Below, in pieces: positions 49,219-59,929 of a stretch of DNA of 64,000 bases (position 1 is the stretch's first letter; every line of letters starts with the position of its first letter). The stretch lies in assembly GCF_056746865.1 (NCBI RefSeq), contig NZ_CM163382.1; one strand, written 5' to 3'. The translations under genes and the position numbers were made by a program. The notes under the pieces were generated by a model. The model made no database searches. It was given only the letters and a program-made list of their open reading frames with translations, and was not told the DNA's origin.

Positions 49219-50076
49219 TTAATGGTGATCGTTTTCACGCAGGTAAATGACCCAGTATGTCAACCCAACCAACAAACCACCGCCGATAATATTACCGATC
49301 GTAACCGGAATCAGGTTATCAGTGATGAAGTTCATTACGGTCAGGTGAGAAAAATTTTCCGGTGCAGAACCGACAGCGGTCCAGAATTCCGGAGATGCGA
49401 AGTCGCGGATTACAATACCCATCGGGATCATAAACATGTTTGCGATACTGTGCTCAAAACCGCTGGCAACAAACATCGCGACCGGCAGCACCATAATGAA
49501 CGCTTTGTCCATCAGGCTGCGGCCAGAATAACTCATCCATACTGCCAGACATACCATCAGGTTTGCCAGGATACCAAGACAGACGGCCTCAATAAAAGTA
49601 TGGTGCACTTTGTGGTCGGCGGTTTGTAGGACGTTGAGTCCCCATTGACCATTCGCGGTCATATACTCGCCGGAAAGCCACATTAAAAGTACAAACAGCA
49701 GTGCGCCGACCAGGTTGCCAAAATAGACATTTAGCCAGTTTTTCGCCAACTGACCCCAGGTGATGCGCCCACTCGCCTTAGCAACAACAATCAACACTGT
49801 GGAAGTAAAGAGATCGGCTCCGCAGACAACACAAAGAATCAGCCCCAGAGAGAAGCAAATACCGCCAACCAGTTTTGCCATGCCGAAGGGCATTGTTCCT
49901 GTGCCAGTGGTTGCTGTGATATAGAAGACGAATGCGATTGAGATGAAAACACCGGCGGTAATCGCCAGATAGAAAGTCTTAAGCGGATGTTTCGTTGCTT
50001 TATAGACACCTGCCTCTTCGGCCACTTTGGCCATTGCTGCAGGAAGTAAAAGATCAAAAGGGTTGTCAGCTTTCAC
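49219..50076 (-). CDS. focA: Formate channel FocA (FNT family)
   Basis: ORF 49219..50250; likely GTG start at VKADNPFDLLLPAAMAKVAEEAGVYKATKHPLKTFYLAITAGVFI gives 285 aa. Confidence 0.9.
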   Translation of the reverse strand: MKADNPFDLLLPAAMAKVAEEAGVYKATKHPLKTFYLAITAGVFISIAFVFYITATTGTGTMPFGMAKLVGGICFSLGLILCVVCGADLFTSTVLIVVAKASGRITWGQLAKNWLNVYFGNLVGALLFVLLMWLSGEYMTANGQWGLNVLQTADHKVHHTFIEAVCLGILANLMVCLAVWMSYSGRSLMDKAFIMVLPVAMFVASGFEHSIANMFMIPMGIVIRDFASPEFWTAVGSAPENFSHLTVMNFITDNLIPVTIGNIIGGGLLVGLTYWVIYLRENDHH

Positions 50077-50481
50077 ACTAACTCTCTCTTTATTAAGTCG
50101 GCGACGAGATACTAACAAAGCATTATAGATGAGAAATTGATATAGATCATATCTCGCCTGGCTTATAGGCCCGTAACTCGCATGGTTTTTATGCAAATAC
50201 GGAGTAAATATTTGATTATCCAAATAAAAATAAATTTTAAAAATTAACAAATGAGTTGAATTTTTTCCGCATCCTCCGCTAAAACAGTTAATTAAAAGGG
50301 AGCATCAGGCGAATAAAGTAACAATATCGATCGTATTTATTAAATACAAATTACCGATATTTAACTTTATAATTACAATTATTTTATTAATGCAAATATA
50401 TGTAAAGCGGGGCATTAAAAAAACGCCCCGTAATATAACTCAGACGAATCATTAAGCCTACATTGCGTAGGCTATTTGATT

Positions 50482-52242
50482 TTATTTTGCCCAGAATGCT
50501 GCTTTGGCGCGCTGCAGCTTTTCGTAGGCCTTCAACAACGACTGATGTGCAGCAAACGCGTGCAGATCGCTATCTACTGGTTGCAAACCATAAAACGCCG
50601 CTTCGCCGCTCATTGCCGCACTGGCGGCTTCCACGGCATCTGCGCCGTACATGCGAACAAACGCATTCAGATATTGCAGCGGCTGGCGATCTTCTTCCTG
50701 CGCCAGTAATAACAACGTTTGCAGGCAGCGATAATAGTTGGCGCGTTCCGGGCTGAATACCGATGAGTTAAACTCCATCGTCCATTCGGTCCAGACCAGA
50801 GCCTGTTCCAGATCGCCACCAGCCAGCGCCAGCATGGCTTTTAATTCACCGATACGCAGGGTGTACCAACCGTTATCCGACCCGGTCGCCAGACCCAACA
50901 GCTCACGCACGCGGGTAAAGTCATCAAAACCTTCTTCATCCAGTTGCTCGATGAGGTTCAGGTAATCTTCTTTTTCCCACTCGCTGCCTGGTAACGAAAG
51001 AATCGTTTCACGTAAATGGCTGCCCATACTGTTATTCGCCAGCCACAGATCTTCAGCCGGATAAATATCGGACATGCCAGGTACGATAATTCTGCATGCA
51101 TAAACGCCCAGATGCTCGTAATCGGCAATATAAACTTCTTTATCTTCTTTGTTGAAGATAGCCATCAGCGTAGCAAACTCTTCTTCCGTAGTGCCGGAGA
51201 AATTCCAGTCCACAAACGGATAATCGGCATCCTGCTTGAACAGATCCCAGGAGATTAAACCGCTGGAATCGATAAAGTGCGTTTCGAGGTTGGTATGTTC
51301 AGCAACTTCTTCATCATCGAAGGTTGGCGGAGTAAACACATCCAAATCTTTCAGGCCACGACCTTGCAGCAGCTCGGTCACGGTACGTTCCAGTGCTACG
51401 CCAAAATCAGGATGTGCACCGAAAGAGGCAAAGCAGGTGCCGTTAGCAGGATTGAACAGTACCACGCAAATCACCGGATACTGGCCGCCAAGCGAACCAT
51501 CATAAGCAAAGATTGGGAAACCTTCTGCTTCCAGCGTTTCGATGGCTTCAACCACCGCTGGGTAACGCGCCAGCACGTCTGCCGGGATTTCCGGCAAGCT
51601 GATGCTTTCAGCAATAATGCGGTTTTTCACGTAGCGTTCGAAAACTTCGGACAACCCCTGAACGCGTGCTTCGTTGCGGGTATTGCCAGCGGACATACCG
51701 TTAGAAACGTACAGGTTACCAATGATATTCATCGGAATATAAACGGTCTGATTGTCGGACTGGCGCGTAAACGGCAGACCGCAAATACCACGATCTTCGT
51801 TACCGGATTGCAGGTCAATCAGCATACTGCCGGCCAGTTCATTCTCCGGATCGTAAAATGCGCGCAGACGGTCATCGAGCAGCCCTTCTGGCACATCGTC
51901 ATTTTCGCTCAGTGGGAACCATTTTTCGTTGGGATAATGCACGAACGGACCGTTGGCGATGGTTTCGCCCAGCCAGAAATCAGCAAAAAAGTAGTTGGTT
52001 GAGAGACGCTCGAAATATTCACCGAGTGCAGAAGCCAGCGCCGCTTTTTTGGTTGCGCCTTTACCGTTGGTAAAACACAGTGCGCACTCTTTGTCGCGAA
52101 TATGTACAGACCAGACGTTAGGCACCGGATTCAGCCAGGAGGCCTCTTCAATCTGAAAGCCGAGGTCTGAAAGTTTTTGCTGGAAGCGAGCGATGGAATC
52201 TTCCAGTGCGGCATCTTTGCCGGGGATAAATGTTTGCGTCAT
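50482..52242 (-). CDS. ycaO: YcaO-domain protein (ribosomal protein S12 methylthiotransferase accessory factor)
   Basis: ORF 50482..52275; start at MTQTFIPGKDAALEDSIARFQQKLSDLGFQIEEASWLNP gives 586 aa. Confidence 0.9.
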   Translation of the reverse strand: MTQTFIPGKDAALEDSIARFQQKLSDLGFQIEEASWLNPVPNVWSVHIRDKECALCFTNGKGATKKAALASALGEYFERLSTNYFFADFWLGETIANGPFVHYPNEKWFPLSENDDVPEGLLDDRLRAFYDPENELAGSMLIDLQSGNEDRGICGLPFTRQSDNQTVYIPMNIIGNLYVSNGMSAGNTRNEARVQGLSEVFERYVKNRIIAESISLPEIPADVLARYPAVVEAIETLEAEGFPIFAYDGSLGGQYPVICVVLFNPANGTCFASFGAHPDFGVALERTVTELLQGRGLKDLDVFTPPTFDDEEVAEHTNLETHFIDSSGLISWDLFKQDADYPFVDWNFSGTTEEEFATLMAIFNKEDKEVYIADYEHLGVYACRIIVPGMSDIYPAEDLWLANNSMGSHLRETILSLPGSEWEKEDYLNLIEQLDEEGFDDFTRVRELLGLATGSDNGWYTLRIGELKAMLALAGGDLEQALVWTEWTMEFNSSVFSPERANYYRCLQTLLLLAQEEDRQPLQYLNAFVRMYGADAVEAASAAMSGEAAFYGLQPVDSDLHAFAAHQSLLKAYEKLQRAKAAFWAK

Positions 52243-52371
52243 GAAAATCACTTTAGTCGTACGGAAAGCGCGCAATAATACGGGTTTTATCTCAAAGGCG
52301 CTATCACCGCCGCCATGCCGATGAACTGTTGACTATGCTTTTAGTGGATAAACCACGATAAGAGCATAAAA

Positions 52372-53064
52372 ATGAAGGCGTTTGATCTCCACCGTATGGC
52401 ATTTGATAAAGTGCCTTTTGATTTCCTTGGCGAAGTGGCACTACGTAGTCTTTATACCTTTGTACTGGTTTTTTTGTTCCTCAAAATGACCGGAAGACGC
52501 GGTGTGCGGCAGATGTCGCTTTTTGAAGTGTTAATCATTCTGACGCTGGGATCAGCGGCGGGAGATGTGGCGTTTTATGATGATGTGCCGATGGTCCCGG
52601 TACTTATCGTCTTTATTACTCTGGCGTTGTTATACCGCCTGGTAATGTGGTTGATGGCACACAGTGAAAAACTGGAAGATCTTCTGGAAGGTAAGCCGGT
52701 TGTCATTATTGAAGATGGCGAGCTGGCCTGGTCGAAACTCAATAACTCCAACATGACGGAATTTGAGTTCTTTATGGAGCTACGATTGCGCGGTGTAGAG
52801 CAGTTGGGGCAAGTACGTCTGGCGATTCTCGAAACCAACGGGCAAATCAGTGTCTATTTCTTTGAAGATGACAAGGTGAAACCGGGCTTACTTATTTTAC
52901 CCAGTGACTGTACTCAGCGTTACAAAGTGGTACCCGAGTCGGCGGACTATGCCTGCATTCGTTGCAGTGAAATCATTCATATGAACGCGGGGGAAAAACA
53001 ATTATGTCCGCGCTGTGCAAATCCAGAATGGACGAAGGCAAGTCGGGCAAAACGGGTGACGTGA
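52372..53064 (+). CDS. ycaP: DUF421-family membrane protein YcaP
   Basis: 230 aa; N-terminal TM segments; MKAFDLHRMAFDKVPFDFLGEVALRSLYTFVLVFLFLKMTGRRGVRQMSLFE. Confidence 0.85.
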   Translation: MKAFDLHRMAFDKVPFDFLGEVALRSLYTFVLVFLFLKMTGRRGVRQMSLFEVLIILTLGSAAGDVAFYDDVPMVPVLIVFITLALLYRLVMWLMAHSEKLEDLLEGKPVVIIEDGELAWSKLNNSNMTEFEFFMELRLRGVEQLGQVRLAILETNGQISVYFFEDDKVKPGLLILPSDCTQRYKVVPESADYACIRCSEIIHMNAGEKQLCPRCANPEWTKASRAKRVT

Positions 53065-53262
53065 CAGTAAAAACATCGGCTTTTTGCTAATAATCCGAGA
53101 GATTCTTTTGTGTGATGCAAGCCACATTTTTGCCCTCAACGGTTTTACTCATTGCGATGTGTGTCACTGAATGATAAAACCGATAGCCACAGGAATAATG
53201 TATTACCTGTGGTCGCAATCGATTGACCGCAGGTTAATAGCAACGCAACGTGGTGAGGGGAA

Positions 53263-54351
53263 ATGGCTCAAATCTTCAATTTTAGTTCTGGTCCGGCAAT
53301 GCTACCGGCAGAGGTGCTTAAACAGGCTCAACAGGAACTGCGCGACTGGAACGGTCTTGGTACGTCGGTGATGGAAGTGAGTCACCGTGGCAAAGAGTTC
53401 ATTCAGGTTGCAGAGGAAGCCGAGAAGGATTTTCGCGATCTTCTTAATGTCCCCTCCAACTACAAGGTATTGTTCTGCCATGGCGGCGGTCGCGGTCAGT
53501 TTGCTGCTGTTCCGCTGAATATTCTCGGTGATAAAACCACCGCAGATTATGTTGATGCCGGTTACTGGGCGGCAAGTGCCATTAAAGAAGCGAAAAAATA
53601 TTGCACGCCTAATGTCTTCGACGCCAAAGTGACTGTTGATGGTCTGCGCGCGGTTAAGCCAATGCGCGAATGGCAACTCTCTGATAATGCTGCTTATATG
53701 CATTACTGCCCGAATGAAACCATCGACGGTATCGCTATCGACGAAACGCCAGACTTCGGCAAAGATGTGGTGGTCGCCGCCGACTTCTCTTCAACCATTC
53801 TTTCCCGTCCGATTGACGTCAGCCGTTATGGCGTGATTTACGCTGGCGCGCAGAAAAATATCGGCCCGGCAGGCCTGACAATCGTCATCGTTCGTGAAGA
53901 TTTGCTGGGCAAAGCGAATATCGCGTGTCCGTCGATTCTGGATTATTCCATCCTCAACGATAACGGCTCCATGTTTAACACGCCGCCGACATTTGCCTGG
54001 TATCTGTCTGGTCTGGTCTTTAAATGGCTGAAAGCGAACGGCGGTGTAGCTGAAATGGATAAAATCAATCAGCAAAAAGCAGAACTGCTGTATGGGGTGA
54101 TTGATAACAGCGATTTCTACCGCAATGACGTGGCGAAAGCTAACCGTTCGCGGATGAACGTGCCGTTCCAGTTGGCGGACAGTGCGCTTGACAAATTGTT
54201 CCTTGAAGAGTCTTTTGCTGCTGGCCTTCATGCGCTGAAAGGTCACCGTGTGGTCGGCGGAATGCGCGCGTCTATTTATAACGCCATGCCGCTGGAAGGC
54301 GTTAAAGCGCTGACAGACTTCATGATTGAGTTCGAACGCCGTCACGGCTAA
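53263..54351 (+). CDS. serC: Phosphoserine aminotransferase
   Basis: 362 aa [54 protein letters not shown]. Confidence 0.97.
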   Translation: MAQIFNFSSGPAMLPAEVLKQAQQELRDWNGLGTSVMEVSHRGKEFIQVAEEAEKDFRDLLNVPSNYKVLFCHGGGRGQFAAVPLNILGDKTTADYVDAGYWAASAIKEAKKYCTPNVFDAKVTVDGLRAVKPMREWQLSDNAAYMHYCPNETIDGIAIDETPDFGKDVVVAADFSSTILSRPIDVSRYGVIYAGAQKNIGPAGLTIVIVREDLLGKANIACPSILDYSILNDNGSMFNTPPTFAWYLSGLVFKWLKANGGVAEMDKINQQKAELLYGVIDNSDFYRNDVAKANRSRMNVPFQLADSALDKLFLEESFAAGLHALKGHRVVGGMRASIYNAMPLEGVKALTDFMIEFERRHG

Positions 54352-54368
54352 TGCCGAAATTTTGCTTA

Positions 54369-54400
54369 ATCCCCACAGCCAGCCTGTGGGGTTTTTATTT
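54369..54400 (+). terminator. Intercistronic hairpin with T-run between serC and aroA (putative attenuator or partial terminator)
   Basis: ccccacagccagcctgtgggg followed by tttttattt, 20 bp before the aroA start. Confidence 0.5.
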
Positions 54401-54421
54401 CTGTTGTAGAGAGTTGAGTTC

Positions 54422-55705
54422 ATGGAATCCCTGACGTTACAACCCATCGCTCGTGTCGATGGCACTATTAATCTGCCCGGTTCCAAGAGCGTTTCTAACC
54501 GCGCTTTATTGCTGGCGGCATTAGCACACGGCAAAACAGTATTAACCAATCTGCTGGATAGCGATGACGTGCGCCATATGCTGAATGCATTAGCAGCGTT
54601 AGGGGTAAGCTATACGCTTTCAGCTGATCGTACGCGTTGCGAAATCATCGGTAACGGCGGTCCATTACACGCAGAAGGTGCCCTGGAGTTGTTCCTCGGT
54701 AACGCCGGAACGGCAATGCGTCCGCTGGCGGCAGCTCTTTGTCTGGGTAGCAATGATATTGTGCTGACCGGTGAACCGCGTATGAAAGAACGCCCCATTG
54801 GTCATCTGGTGGATGCGCTGCGCCTGGGCGGGGCGAAGATCACTTACCTGGAACAAGAAAATTATCCACCATTGCGTTTACAGGGCGGCTTTACTGGCGG
54901 CAACGTTGAAGTTGATGGCTCCGTTTCCAGCCAGTTCCTCACCGCACTGTTAATGACTGCGCCTCTTGCGCCGGAAGATACGGTGATTCGTATTAAAGGC
55001 GATCTGGTTTCTAAACCTTACATCGACATCACACTCAATCTGATGAAGACGTTTGGTGTTGAAATTGAAAATCAGCACTATCAACAATTTGTCGTTAAAG
55101 GCGGGCAGTCTTATCAGTCTCCGGGTACTTATTTGGTCGAAGGCGATGCATCTTCCGCTTCTTACTTCCTGGCAGCAGCAGCAATCAAAGGCGGTACTGT
55201 AAAAGTGACCGGCATTGGACGCAACAGTATGCAGGGTGATATTCGCTTTGCTGATGTGCTGGAAAAAATGGGCGCGACCATTTGCTGGGGCGATGATTAT
55301 ATTTCCTGCACGCGGGGTGAACTGAACGCTATTGATATGGATATGAACCATATTCCTGATGCGGCGATGACCATTGCCACGGCGGCGTTATTTGCAAAAG
55401 GCACCACCACGCTGCGCAATATCTATAACTGGCGTGTTAAAGAGACCGATCGCCTGTTTGCGATGGCAACAGAACTGCGTAAAGTTGGTGCGGAAGTAGA
55501 AGAGGGGCACGATTACATTCGTATCACTCCACCGGAAAAACTGAACTTTGCCGAGATCGCAACATACAATGATCACCGGATGGCGATGTGTTTCTCGCTG
55601 GTCGCATTATCAGATACGGCTGTGACGATTCTTGATCCAAAATGTACCGCTAAAACTTTTCCAGACTATTTCGAGCAATTGGCGCGGATAAGTCAACCCG
55701 GCTGA
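54422..55705 (+). CDS. aroA: 3-phosphoshikimate 1-carboxyvinyltransferase (EPSP synthase)
   Basis: 427 aa [53 protein letters not shown]. Confidence 0.97.
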   Translation: MESLTLQPIARVDGTINLPGSKSVSNRALLLAALAHGKTVLTNLLDSDDVRHMLNALAALGVSYTLSADRTRCEIIGNGGPLHAEGALELFLGNAGTAMRPLAAALCLGSNDIVLTGEPRMKERPIGHLVDALRLGGAKITYLEQENYPPLRLQGGFTGGNVEVDGSVSSQFLTALLMTAPLAPEDTVIRIKGDLVSKPYIDITLNLMKTFGVEIENQHYQQFVVKGGQSYQSPGTYLVEGDASSASYFLAAAAIKGGTVKVTGIGRNSMQGDIRFADVLEKMGATICWGDDYISCTRGELNAIDMDMNHIPDAAMTIATAALFAKGTTTLRNIYNWRVKETDRLFAMATELRKVGAEVEEGHDYIRITPPEKLNFAEIATYNDHRMAMCFSLVALSDTAVTILDPKCTAKTFPDYFEQLARISQPG

Positions 55706-55750
55706 ATGAATAACGGGCGATAACATAGACAATCCTTTCTTTTCAAAGAC

Positions 55751-55777
55751 GTCGGCACATTGCCGGCGTTTTTTTTC
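55751..55777 (+). terminator. Putative rho-independent terminator of the serC-aroA operon
   Basis: Hairpin cgtcggcacattgccggcg followed by ttttttttc. Confidence 0.7.
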
Positions 55778-55874
55778 GGACCTTGTGGGGTATTTTTATT
55801 AATGGTAGCGTTAATTATCAATGTAACTTGTTGATACATAATGTTTATATATAATTAATCAACGGATGATTCAC

Positions 55875-56639
55875 ATGAAGAATACTAAATTATTGCTGGC
55901 GATTGCGACCTCTGCAGCCTTACTGACAGGATGTCAGAATACGCACGGTATTAATACCGATTTGGCTATCAGCTCAGGTCTGAATGCTTATAAAGCCGCA
56001 ACATTAAGCGATGCTGATGCTAAAGCAATCGCCAATCAGGGCTGTGCCGAAATGGACAGCGGCAATCAAGTCGCAAGTAAATCCAGCAAGTACGGTAAAC
56101 GTCTGGCAAAAATCGCCAAAGCATTGGGTAACAATATTAATGGCACGCCGGTCAACTATAAGGTTTATATGACCAGCGACGTCAACGCATGGGCGATGGC
56201 GAACGGCTGTGTTCGTGTCTACAGTGGCCTGATGGACATGATGAACGACAACGAAATTGAAGGCGTTCTGGGTCATGAACTGGGCCACGTCGCGTTGGGT
56301 CACTCGCTGGCTGAAATGAAAGCTTCTTATGCGATCGTTGCCGCACGTGATGCGATTTCCGCTACCAGCGGTGTGGCTTCCCAGCTTTCTCGCTCACAAT
56401 TAGGTGATATCGCAGAAGGCGCGATCAATGCTAAATACTCCCGCGATAAAGAGTCCGAAGCAGATGATTTCTCCTTTGATCTGTTGAAGAAACGTGGCAT
56501 CAGCACCCAGGGGCTGGTTGGCAGCTTTGAAAAATTGGCCAGCCTGGATGGCGGTCGTACCCAGTCCATGTTTGACTCTCACCCACCATCAACAGAGCGT
56601 GCGCAACACATCCGTGATCGTATCGCCTCTGGTAAGTAA
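55875..56639 (+). CDS. ycaL: M48-family metallopeptidase lipoprotein YcaL
   Basis: ORF 55866..56639; MKNTKLLLAIATSAALLTGC lipobox; zinc motif HELGHVALGH; 254 aa from the MKNTK start. Confidence 0.88.
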   Translation: MKNTKLLLAIATSAALLTGCQNTHGINTDLAISSGLNAYKAATLSDADAKAIANQGCAEMDSGNQVASKSSKYGKRLAKIAKALGNNINGTPVNYKVYMTSDVNAWAMANGCVRVYSGLMDMMNDNEIEGVLGHELGHVALGHSLAEMKASYAIVAARDAISATSGVASQLSRSQLGDIAEGAINAKYSRDKESEADDFSFDLLKKRGISTQGLVGSFEKLASLDGGRTQSMFDSHPPSTERAQHIRDRIASGK

Positions 56640-56811
56640 ATCATTGTCATCTTTCGGGCTGGTCTTCTGCCAGCCCGCTATAATTGCGCAATAAATCCCC
56701 ATCTGAATACAGACAAAACTGGTTTTTGCACACAACGTTAACGATTTGTGGCGTCGGCGCGTATAATGCGCGCGGTTATGTTAACGGTACGCCTGTTTTA
56801 AGGAGATAAAG

Positions 56812-57495
56812 ATGACGGCAATTGCCCCGGTTATTACCATTGATGGCCCAAGCGGTGCAGGGAAAGGCACCTTGTGTAAGGCTATGGCGGAAGCGTTGCA
56901 ATGGCATCTGCTGGACTCGGGTGCAATTTATCGCGTACTGGCACTGGCGGCATTACATCACCATGTTGATGTTGCATCGGAAGATGCGCTGGTGCCGCTG
57001 GCATCCCATCTGGATGTACGTTTTGTGTCGACCAATGGCAATCTGGAAGTGATCCTCGAAGGGGAAGATGTCAGCGGCGAAATTCGTACTCAGGAAGTGG
57101 CGAATGCTGCTTCACAAGTCGCGGCATTCCCACGCGTTCGTGAAGCATTATTGCGTCGCCAACGCGCGTTTCGCGAATTACCAGGCTTGATTGCCGATGG
57201 CCGCGATATGGGAACGGTGGTATTCCCTGATGCGCCAGTGAAAATTTTCCTTGACGCCTCCTCGGAAGAACGTGCGCATCGCCGCATGCTACAGTTGCAG
57301 GAGAAGGGCTTTAGTGTTAACTTTGAGCGCCTTTTGGCCGAGATCAAAGAACGCGACGACCGCGATCGTAACCGAGCGGTAGCGCCACTGGTTCCGGCAG
57401 CCGATGCTTTAGTGTTGGATTCCACCACCTTAAGCATTGAGCAAGTGATTGAAAAAGCGCTACAATACGCGCGCCAGAAATTGGCTCTCGCATAA
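56812..57495 (+). CDS. cmk: Cytidylate kinase
   Basis: 227 aa [41 protein letters not shown] (P-loop). Confidence 0.96.
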
Positions 57496-57605
57496 GCGAC
57501 CGAATTTGCAGTACCCCCGTTGCAATGGAATGACAGCGGGTATGTTAAACAACCCCATCCGGCATGGAGCCAGGTGGACGTTAAATATAAACCTGAAGAT
57601 TAAAC

Positions 57606-59279
57606 ATGACTGAATCTTTTGCTCAACTCTTTGAAGAGTCCTTAAAAGAAATCGAAACCCGCCCGGGTTCTATCGTTCGTGGCGTTGTTGTTGCTATCGA
57701 CAAAGACGTAGTACTGGTTGACGCTGGTCTGAAATCTGAGTCCGCCATCCCGGCTGAGCAGTTCAAAAACGCCCAGGGCGAGCTGGAAATCCAGGTAGGT
57801 GACGAAGTTGACGTTGCTCTGGACGCAGTAGAAGACGGCTTCGGTGAAACTCTGCTGTCCCGTGAAAAAGCTAAACGTCACGAAGCCTGGATCACGCTGG
57901 AAAAAGCTTACGAAGATGCTGAAACTGTTACCGGTGTTATCAACGGCAAAGTTAAGGGCGGCTTCACTGTTGAGCTGAACGGTATTCGTGCGTTCCTGCC
58001 AGGTTCTCTGGTAGACGTTCGTCCGGTGCGTGACACTCTGCACCTGGAAGGCAAAGAGCTTGAATTCAAAGTAATCAAGCTGGATCAGAAGCGCAACAAC
58101 GTTGTTGTTTCTCGTCGTGCCGTTATCGAATCCGAAAACAGCGCAGAGCGCGATCAGCTGCTGGAAAACCTGCAGGAAGGCATGGAAGTTAAAGGTATCG
58201 TTAAGAACCTCACTGACTACGGTGCATTCGTTGATCTGGGCGGCGTTGACGGCCTGCTGCACATCACTGACATGGCCTGGAAACGCGTTAAGCATCCGAG
58301 CGAAATCGTCAACGTTGGCGATGAAATCACTGTTAAAGTGCTGAAGTTCGACCGCGAACGTACCCGTGTATCCCTGGGCCTGAAACAGCTGGGCGAAGAT
58401 CCGTGGGTAGCTATCGCTAAACGTTATCCGGAAGGTACCAAACTGACTGGTCGCGTGACCAACCTGACCGACTACGGCTGCTTCGTTGAAATCGAAGAAG
58501 GCGTTGAAGGCCTGGTACACGTTTCCGAAATGGATTGGACCAACAAAAACATCCACCCGTCCAAAGTTGTTAACGTTGGCGATGTAGTGGAAGTTATGGT
58601 TCTGGATATCGACGAAGAACGTCGTCGTATCTCCCTGGGTCTGAAACAGTGCAAAGCTAACCCGTGGCAGCAGTTCGCGGAAACCCACAACAAGGGTGAC
58701 CGTGTTGAAGGTAAAATCAAGTCTATCACTGACTTCGGTATCTTCATCGGCCTGGACGGCGGCATCGACGGCCTGGTTCACCTGTCTGACATCTCCTGGA
58801 ACGTTGCAGGCGAAGAAGCAGTTCGTGAATACAAAAAAGGCGACGAAATCGCTGCAGTTGTTCTGCAGGTTGACGCAGAACGTGAACGTATCTCCCTGGG
58901 CGTTAAACAGCTCGCAGAAGATCCGTTCAACAACTGGGTTGCTCTGAACAAGAAAGGCGCTATCGTAACCGGTAAAGTAACTGCAGTTGACGCTAAAGGC
59001 GCAACCGTAGAACTGGCTGACGGCGTTGAAGGTTACCTGCGTGCTTCTGAAGCATCCCGTGACCGCGTTGAAGACGCTACCCTGGTTCTGAGCGTTGGCG
59101 ACGAAGTTGAAGCTAAATTCACCGGCGTTGATCGTAAAAACCGCGCAATCAGCCTGTCTGTTCGTGCGAAAGACGAAGCTGACGAGAAAGATGCAATCGC
59201 AACTGTTAACAAACAGGAAGATGCAAACTTCTCCAACAACGCAATGGCTGAAGCTTTCAAAGCAGCTAAAGGCGAGTAA
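57606..59279 (+). CDS. rpsA: 30S ribosomal protein S1
   Basis: 557 aa [46 protein letters not shown]; six S1 domains. Confidence 0.98.
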
Positions 59280-59438
59280 TTCTCTGACTCTTCGGGATTT
59301 TTATTCCGAAGTTTGTTGAGTTTACTTGACAGATTGCAGGTTTCGTCCTGTAATCAAGCACTAAGGGCGGCTACGGCCGCCCTTAATCAATGCAGCAACA
59401 GCAGCCGCTTAATTTGCCTTTAAGGAACCGGAGGAATC

Positions 59439-59723
59439 ATGACCAAGTCAGAATTGATAGAAAGACTTGCCACCCAGCAATCGCACATTCCCGCCAAGAC
59501 GGTTGAAGATGCAGTAAAAGAGATGCTGGAGCATATGGCCTCGACTCTTGCGCAGGGCGAGCGTATTGAAATCCGCGGTTTCGGCAGTTTCTCTTTGCAC
59601 TACCGCGCACCACGTACCGGACGTAATCCGAAGACTGGCGATAAAGTAGAACTGGAAGGAAAATACGTTCCTCACTTTAAACCAGGTAAAGAACTGCGCG
59701 ATCGCGCCAATATTTACGGTTAA
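59439..59723 (+). CDS. ihfB: Integration host factor beta subunit
   Basis: 94 aa [94 protein letters not shown]. Confidence 0.98.
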
Positions 59724-59749
59724 GTTTTTACTCAAACTTGAACGCGAGA

Positions 59750-59775
59750 AAAGCACCTGTCGGGTGCTTTTTTCA
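59750..59775 (+). terminator. Putative rho-independent terminator of ihfB
   Basis: Hairpin agcacctgtcgggtgct followed by tttttc. Confidence 0.75.
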
Positions 59776-59929
59776 TTTCTCTAATCTGGAACTGGAAGCT
59801 GCCTCGCAGAGTTTTGAGCAGTTTTCACCCTCTCGTTAAATTCTTCTGAACGTGCCTCGGGGAACGCAAAATTCCCACCAGACAACCGCTCAACAAAGTT
59901 GCACACTTTCCATAAACAGGGAGGGGTGC

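Noticed and set aside
57642-58781. 379-aa antisense ORF inside rpsA, and similar antisense ORFs inside dmsA (38254..39210), ycaO (51277..52002), ftsK, clpA and hcp
   Set aside because: Each lies entirely within a well-supported conserved gene on the opposite strand and has no recognisable motif; treated as shadow ORFs.
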